Source: Mustelus asterias
Taxonomy: Eukaryota
Assembly (NCBI RefSeq): GCF_964213995.1
Contig: NC_135823.1
Coordinates: 37,510,001-37,574,000, forward strand
DNA: 64,000 bases
Reading direction: 5' to 3'
Under the pieces are notes generated by a model. That model had not been told where the DNA came from, did not search any database, and saw nothing but the letters and a program-made list of their open reading frames with translations. Made by a program: the position numbers and the translations under genes. Positions within the stretch are counted from its first letter, which is position 1. The number at the start of each line of letters is the position of its first letter. Below, piece by piece: positions 61,201 through 64,000 of the stretch.

Positions 61201-61975
61201 AAGAAGTTTAACAACACCAGGTTAAAGTCCAACAGGTTTATTTGGTAGCAAAAGCCACACAAGCTTTCAGAGCTCCAAGCCCCTTCTTCAGGTGGTTTCC
61301 CATTCACCTGAAGAAGGGACTTGGAGCTCCGAAAGCTTGTGTGGCCTTCCTTGTGCCACGGATGGAGGTTCACTGCTCCTGAGGACACAATCAGTTCTAA
61401 AACTGGCCACTGGGGATGCCAGAAAGCAGCTGTTTCAGGTAAGTCTGGCTGAGATAGGGATCTCACAGTGTTGGCGCCACGATTGTGTGACGATCCAAAA
61501 TGAAGTGTTTGAAACAAACGTGTGTCAGCCGTGGCTCAGTGGCTGGTGCTCCTGCCTCTGAAGGTCAGAAGGTCATGGGTTCAGGCCTCACTCTGGAGAC
61601 TTGAGCACAAAATCCAGGCTGACCCTCCCTGTGCAAGGAGGGATAAGACCATCCAGTCTCTCAGGTGGATGTAAAAGATCACATGGCACTAGTTCAAAGA
61701 AGGATGAGGACATTCTCCTGTTGTCTTGGTCGATGCCGACTGTCCAGCCAATAAAACAATTCTAAAAACTGGCTGCCACATTTTCTACATTACAACATTG
61801 ACTGCACTTGGTTTAAAGTAGCTTTGGCAGATCCCGCGGTTGTAAAAGGCACTATATAAATGCAAGTTCTTTTCAAATGTATATTAGTCTTTACAGCCTC
61901 TTTCTTTGTTTCAATGTTGTTCTAGGCTTAAAGAGAAAGTGATGTCAACCATGGATCAGATCATGTCAGAGTTCA
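49167..61975 (+). CDS. UNC93-like / MFSD11-like MFS transporter, coding exons 1-8 (3' part outside the window)
   Basis: Exons 49167-49256, 53516-53571, 56455-56562, 57879-57958, 58397-58493, 59850-59908, 60692-60830 and 61926-61975 splice in frame with GT-AG introns. Translation: [37 protein letters not shown]...[31 protein letters not shown]...[22 protein letters not shown]...[24 protein letters not shown]..., matching MFSD11-family motifs. Confidence 0.92.
49330..50570. mobile_element. Rearranged older Penelope element (degenerate GIY-YIG, internal inversion) with a 103-bp Penelope-end insertion at 49531-49633 and a MITE-like insert at about 50121-50238
   Basis: Plus strand [28 protein letters not shown]...LPVAHH; minus strand [15 protein letters not shown]; TSD AAGAGAAATGTT at 49519-49530 and 49634-49645; imperfect TIRs GGCCGGGATTTTAC / GTAAAATTCCAGCT. 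Confidence 0.75.
51784..52365. mobile_element. Nested V-SINEs: a plus-strand copy (about 51965-52272) inserted into a minus-strand copy
   Basis: The minus copy stops at CAGACACAGAGGG (about 51960) and resumes at GCAAACTCCACAC (about 52277). Confidence 0.85.
53516..53571 (+). CDS. MFSD11-like exon 2
   Basis: TTTTGCAG|[18 protein letters not shown](S)|GTATC. Confidence 0.92.
53671..53910 (+). mobile_element. Short solo-LTR-like element
   Basis: TGTGGTG...CACCACA inverted ends and an internal AATAAA at about 53833; TSD ambiguous (TGCCT/CACCT). Confidence 0.5.
54137..54935. repeat. 18-bp minisatellite, about 44 units, in MFSD11-like intron 2
   Basis: Unit GAGAGGCCCAGG(A/G)TCACT. Confidence 0.97.
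56455..56562 (+). CDS. MFSD11-like exon 3
   Basis: TTGCCAG|[35 protein letters not shown](S)|GTAGG. Confidence 0.93.
57879..57958 (+). CDS. MFSD11-like exon 4
   Basis: TTTTCCAG|[26 protein letters not shown]|GTGAG. Confidence 0.92.
58397..58493 (+). CDS. MFSD11-like exon 5
   Basis: TCTTTCAG|(V)[31 protein letters not shown](S)|GTAAG. Confidence 0.93.
58830..59470. repeat. Degenerate G-rich tandem repeat (about 25-27-bp unit) in MFSD11-like intron 5
   Basis: Recurrent GGGGTCATGGGGTGTGAGGGTAATG. Confidence 0.85.
59850..59908 (+). CDS. MFSD11-like exon 6
   Basis: TTTTTGCAG|[19 protein letters not shown]|GTAAG. Confidence 0.92.
60692..60830 (+). CDS. MFSD11-like exon 7
   Basis: TTCTCAG|(D)[45 protein letters not shown]|GTAAGT. 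Confidence 0.9.
60845..61125 (+). mobile_element. V-SINE with alternative tail
   Basis: Same organisation as 4285-4568. Confidence 0.82.
61163..61345. mobile_element. Partial fold-back Penelope-terminus insertion (family A) with TSD
   Basis: Near-identical to the 47650 copy but with a shorter right arm; CTTCCTTGTG at 61153-61162 and 61346-61355. Confidence 0.85.
61524..61875 (+). mobile_element. Deu-domain SINE (SacSINE1-like); further copies at about 3760-4065(-), 15180-15360(-), 28570-28750(+), 41410-41730(+), 53210-53500(+), 60320-60680(+)
   Basis: TCAGCCGTGGCTCAGTGG head, GGGTTCAGGCC B box, GTGGATGTAAAAGATC.CATGGCACTA central domain, tail AAAGGCACTATATAAATGCAAGTTCTTT. Confidence 0.72.
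61926..61975 (+). CDS. MFSD11-like exon 8
   Basis: TTGTTCTAG|[16 protein letters not shown]|GTAAGT; phase compatible with exon 7. Confidence 0.8.
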
Positions 61976-62084
61976 GTAAGTTGTTTCTGTGTTCCTACAG
62001 TCAGTCTCCTCAGCTGTTAATGTTCCTAATGGAGACGTGGTAGTGAACTGACAGCACTCGGCAAGGGGGGGAAGGTCAGTTAGT

Positions 62085-64000
62085 GACTGGGGCATATGGT
62101 GGACAGGGATTGGGAATAAGGTGGACAGTGATTGGGGGGATACGGTGGACAGGGATTGGGAATACAGTGGACAGTGATTGGGGGGATACGGTGGACAGGG
62201 ATTGGGAATACAGTGGACAGTGATTGGGGGGATACGGTGGACAGGGATTGGGAATACAGTGGACAGTGATTGGGGGGATACGGTGGACAGGGATTGGGAA
62301 GACGGTGGACAGTGATTGGGAATACAGTGGACAGTGATTGGGAATACAGTGGACAGTGATTGGGAATACAGTGGACAGTGATCGGGGGATACGGTGGACA
62401 GGGATTGGGAATAAGGTGGACAGTGATTGGGGGGATACGGTGGACAGGGATTGGGAATACGGTGGACAGTGATTGGGAATACAGTGGACAGTGATTGGGA
62501 ATAAGGTGGATAGTGATTGGGAAAACAGTGGACAGTGATTGGGAAAACAGTAGACAGTGATTGGGGGAATATGGTGGACAGTGATCGGGGGATACGGTGG
62601 ACAGTGATCGGGGGATACGGTGGACAGTGATCGGGGGATACGGTGGACAGTGATTGGGGGATACGGTGGACAGTGATCGGGGGATACGGTGGACAGTGAT
62701 CGGGGGATACGGTGGACAGTGATCGGGGGATACGGTGGACAGGGATCGGGGGATACGGTGGACAGTGATCGGGAATACAGTGGACAGTGATTGGGAATAC
62801 AGTGGACAGTGATTGGGAATAAGGTGGACAGTGATTGGGAATACGGTGGGCAGTGATTGGGAATACAGTGGGCAGTGATTGGGAATAAGGTGGACAGTGA
62901 TTGGGAATACAGTGGACAGTGATTGGGAATACAGTGGGCAGTGATTGGGAATAAGGTGGACAGTGATTGGGAATACGGTGGACAGTGATTGGGAATACGG
63001 TGGACAGTGATTGGGAATACGGTGGACAGTGATTGGGAATAAGGTGGACAGTGATTGGGAATAAGGTGGACAGTGATTGGGAATACAGTGGGCAGTGATT
63101 GGGAATAGGGTGGACGGTGATTGGGAATACGGTGGACGGTGATCGGGGGTACGGTGGACAGTGATCGGGGGATACGGTGGACAGTGATCGGGGGATACGG
63201 TGGACAGTGATCGGGGGATACGGTGGACAGTGATCGGGGGATACGGTGGACAGTGATCGGGGGATACGGTGGACAGTGATCTGGGGATACGGTGGACAGT
63301 GATCGGGGGATACGGTGGACAGTGATCGGGGGATACGGTGGACAGTGATCGGGGGATACGGTGGACAGTGATCGGGGGATACGGTGGACAGTGATCGGGG
63401 GATACGGTGGACAGTGATTGGGGGATACGGTGGACAGTGATCGGGGGATACGGTGGACAGTGATCGGGGAACACGGTGGACAGTGATCGGGGAACACGGT
63501 GGACAGTGATCGGGGGATACGGTGGACAGTGATCGGGGAACACGGTGGACAGTGATCGGGGGATACGGTGGACAGTGATCGGGGAACACGGTGGACAGTG
63601 ATCGGGGAACACGGTGGACAGTGATCTGGGGATACGGTGGACAGTGATCGGGGGATACGGTGGACAGTGATCGGGAGATACGGTGGACAGTGATCGGGGG
63701 ATACGGTGGACAGTGATCGGGGAACACGGTGGACAGTGATCGGGGGATACGGTGGACAGTGATCGGGGAACACGGTGGACAGTGATCGGGGGATACGGTG
63801 GACAGTGATCGGGGGATACGGTGGACAGTGATCGGGGAACACGGTGGACAGTGATCGGGGAACACGGTGGACAGTGATCGGGGAACACGGTGGACAGTGA
63901 TCGGGGAACACGGTGGACAGTGATCGGGGGATACGGTGGACAGTGATCTGGGGATACGGTGGACAGTGATCGGGGAACACGGTGGACAGTGATCGGGGGA
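62085..64000. repeat. 22-24-bp G-rich minisatellite in MFSD11-like intron 8, continues past the window end
   Basis: Units GGTGGACAGTGATCGGGGGATAC and GTGGACAGTGATTGGGAATACA. Confidence 0.98.

Noticed and set aside
61973-63980. Three ORFs of about 600 aa on the minus strand (PITVHRIPRSLSTVSPDHCPPY)n
   Set aside because: Translation of the 22-24-bp minisatellite; the same peptide appears in all three frames.

Overview
Repeat-rich vertebrate genomic DNA, very probably a cartilaginous fish (shark-type V-SINE and Deu-domain SINEs; CR1, RTE, L1/Tx1 and Penelope elements). I can reconstruct three protein-coding loci from splice sites and translation. (1) A complete 7-exon UBFD1 gene on the minus strand (CDS 36693 to 10997, 879 nt, 292 aa). 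(2) Coding exons 1-8 of an UNC93-like/MFSD11-like transporter on the plus strand, starting at 49167 and running off the window. (3) The CpG-island promoter and signal-peptide first exon (8172-8107, minus) of a gene just downstream of UBFD1, possibly ERN2/IRE1 by synteny only. All very long ORFs in the track are artefacts of stop-free minisatellites (25-bp array at 32.1-36.4 kb, 18-bp at 54.1-54.9 kb, 22-24-bp at 62.1-64 kb). The sequence does not support a new protein-based system. The most interesting non-standard signal is RNA-level: a set of short Penelope-end insertions carrying minimal hammerhead-ribozyme motifs with covarying stems, including a U3-A8 core variant. Several are TSD-flanked fold-back hairpins whose breakpoints cluster just 5' of the ribozyme core. 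Also notable: Deu-SINE tails abutting three splice acceptors, sense-strand G-rich minisatellites in both divergent genes, and a three-level nested insertion. Repeat-family names come from recalled consensus features, not from database searches, and TE boundaries are approximate.
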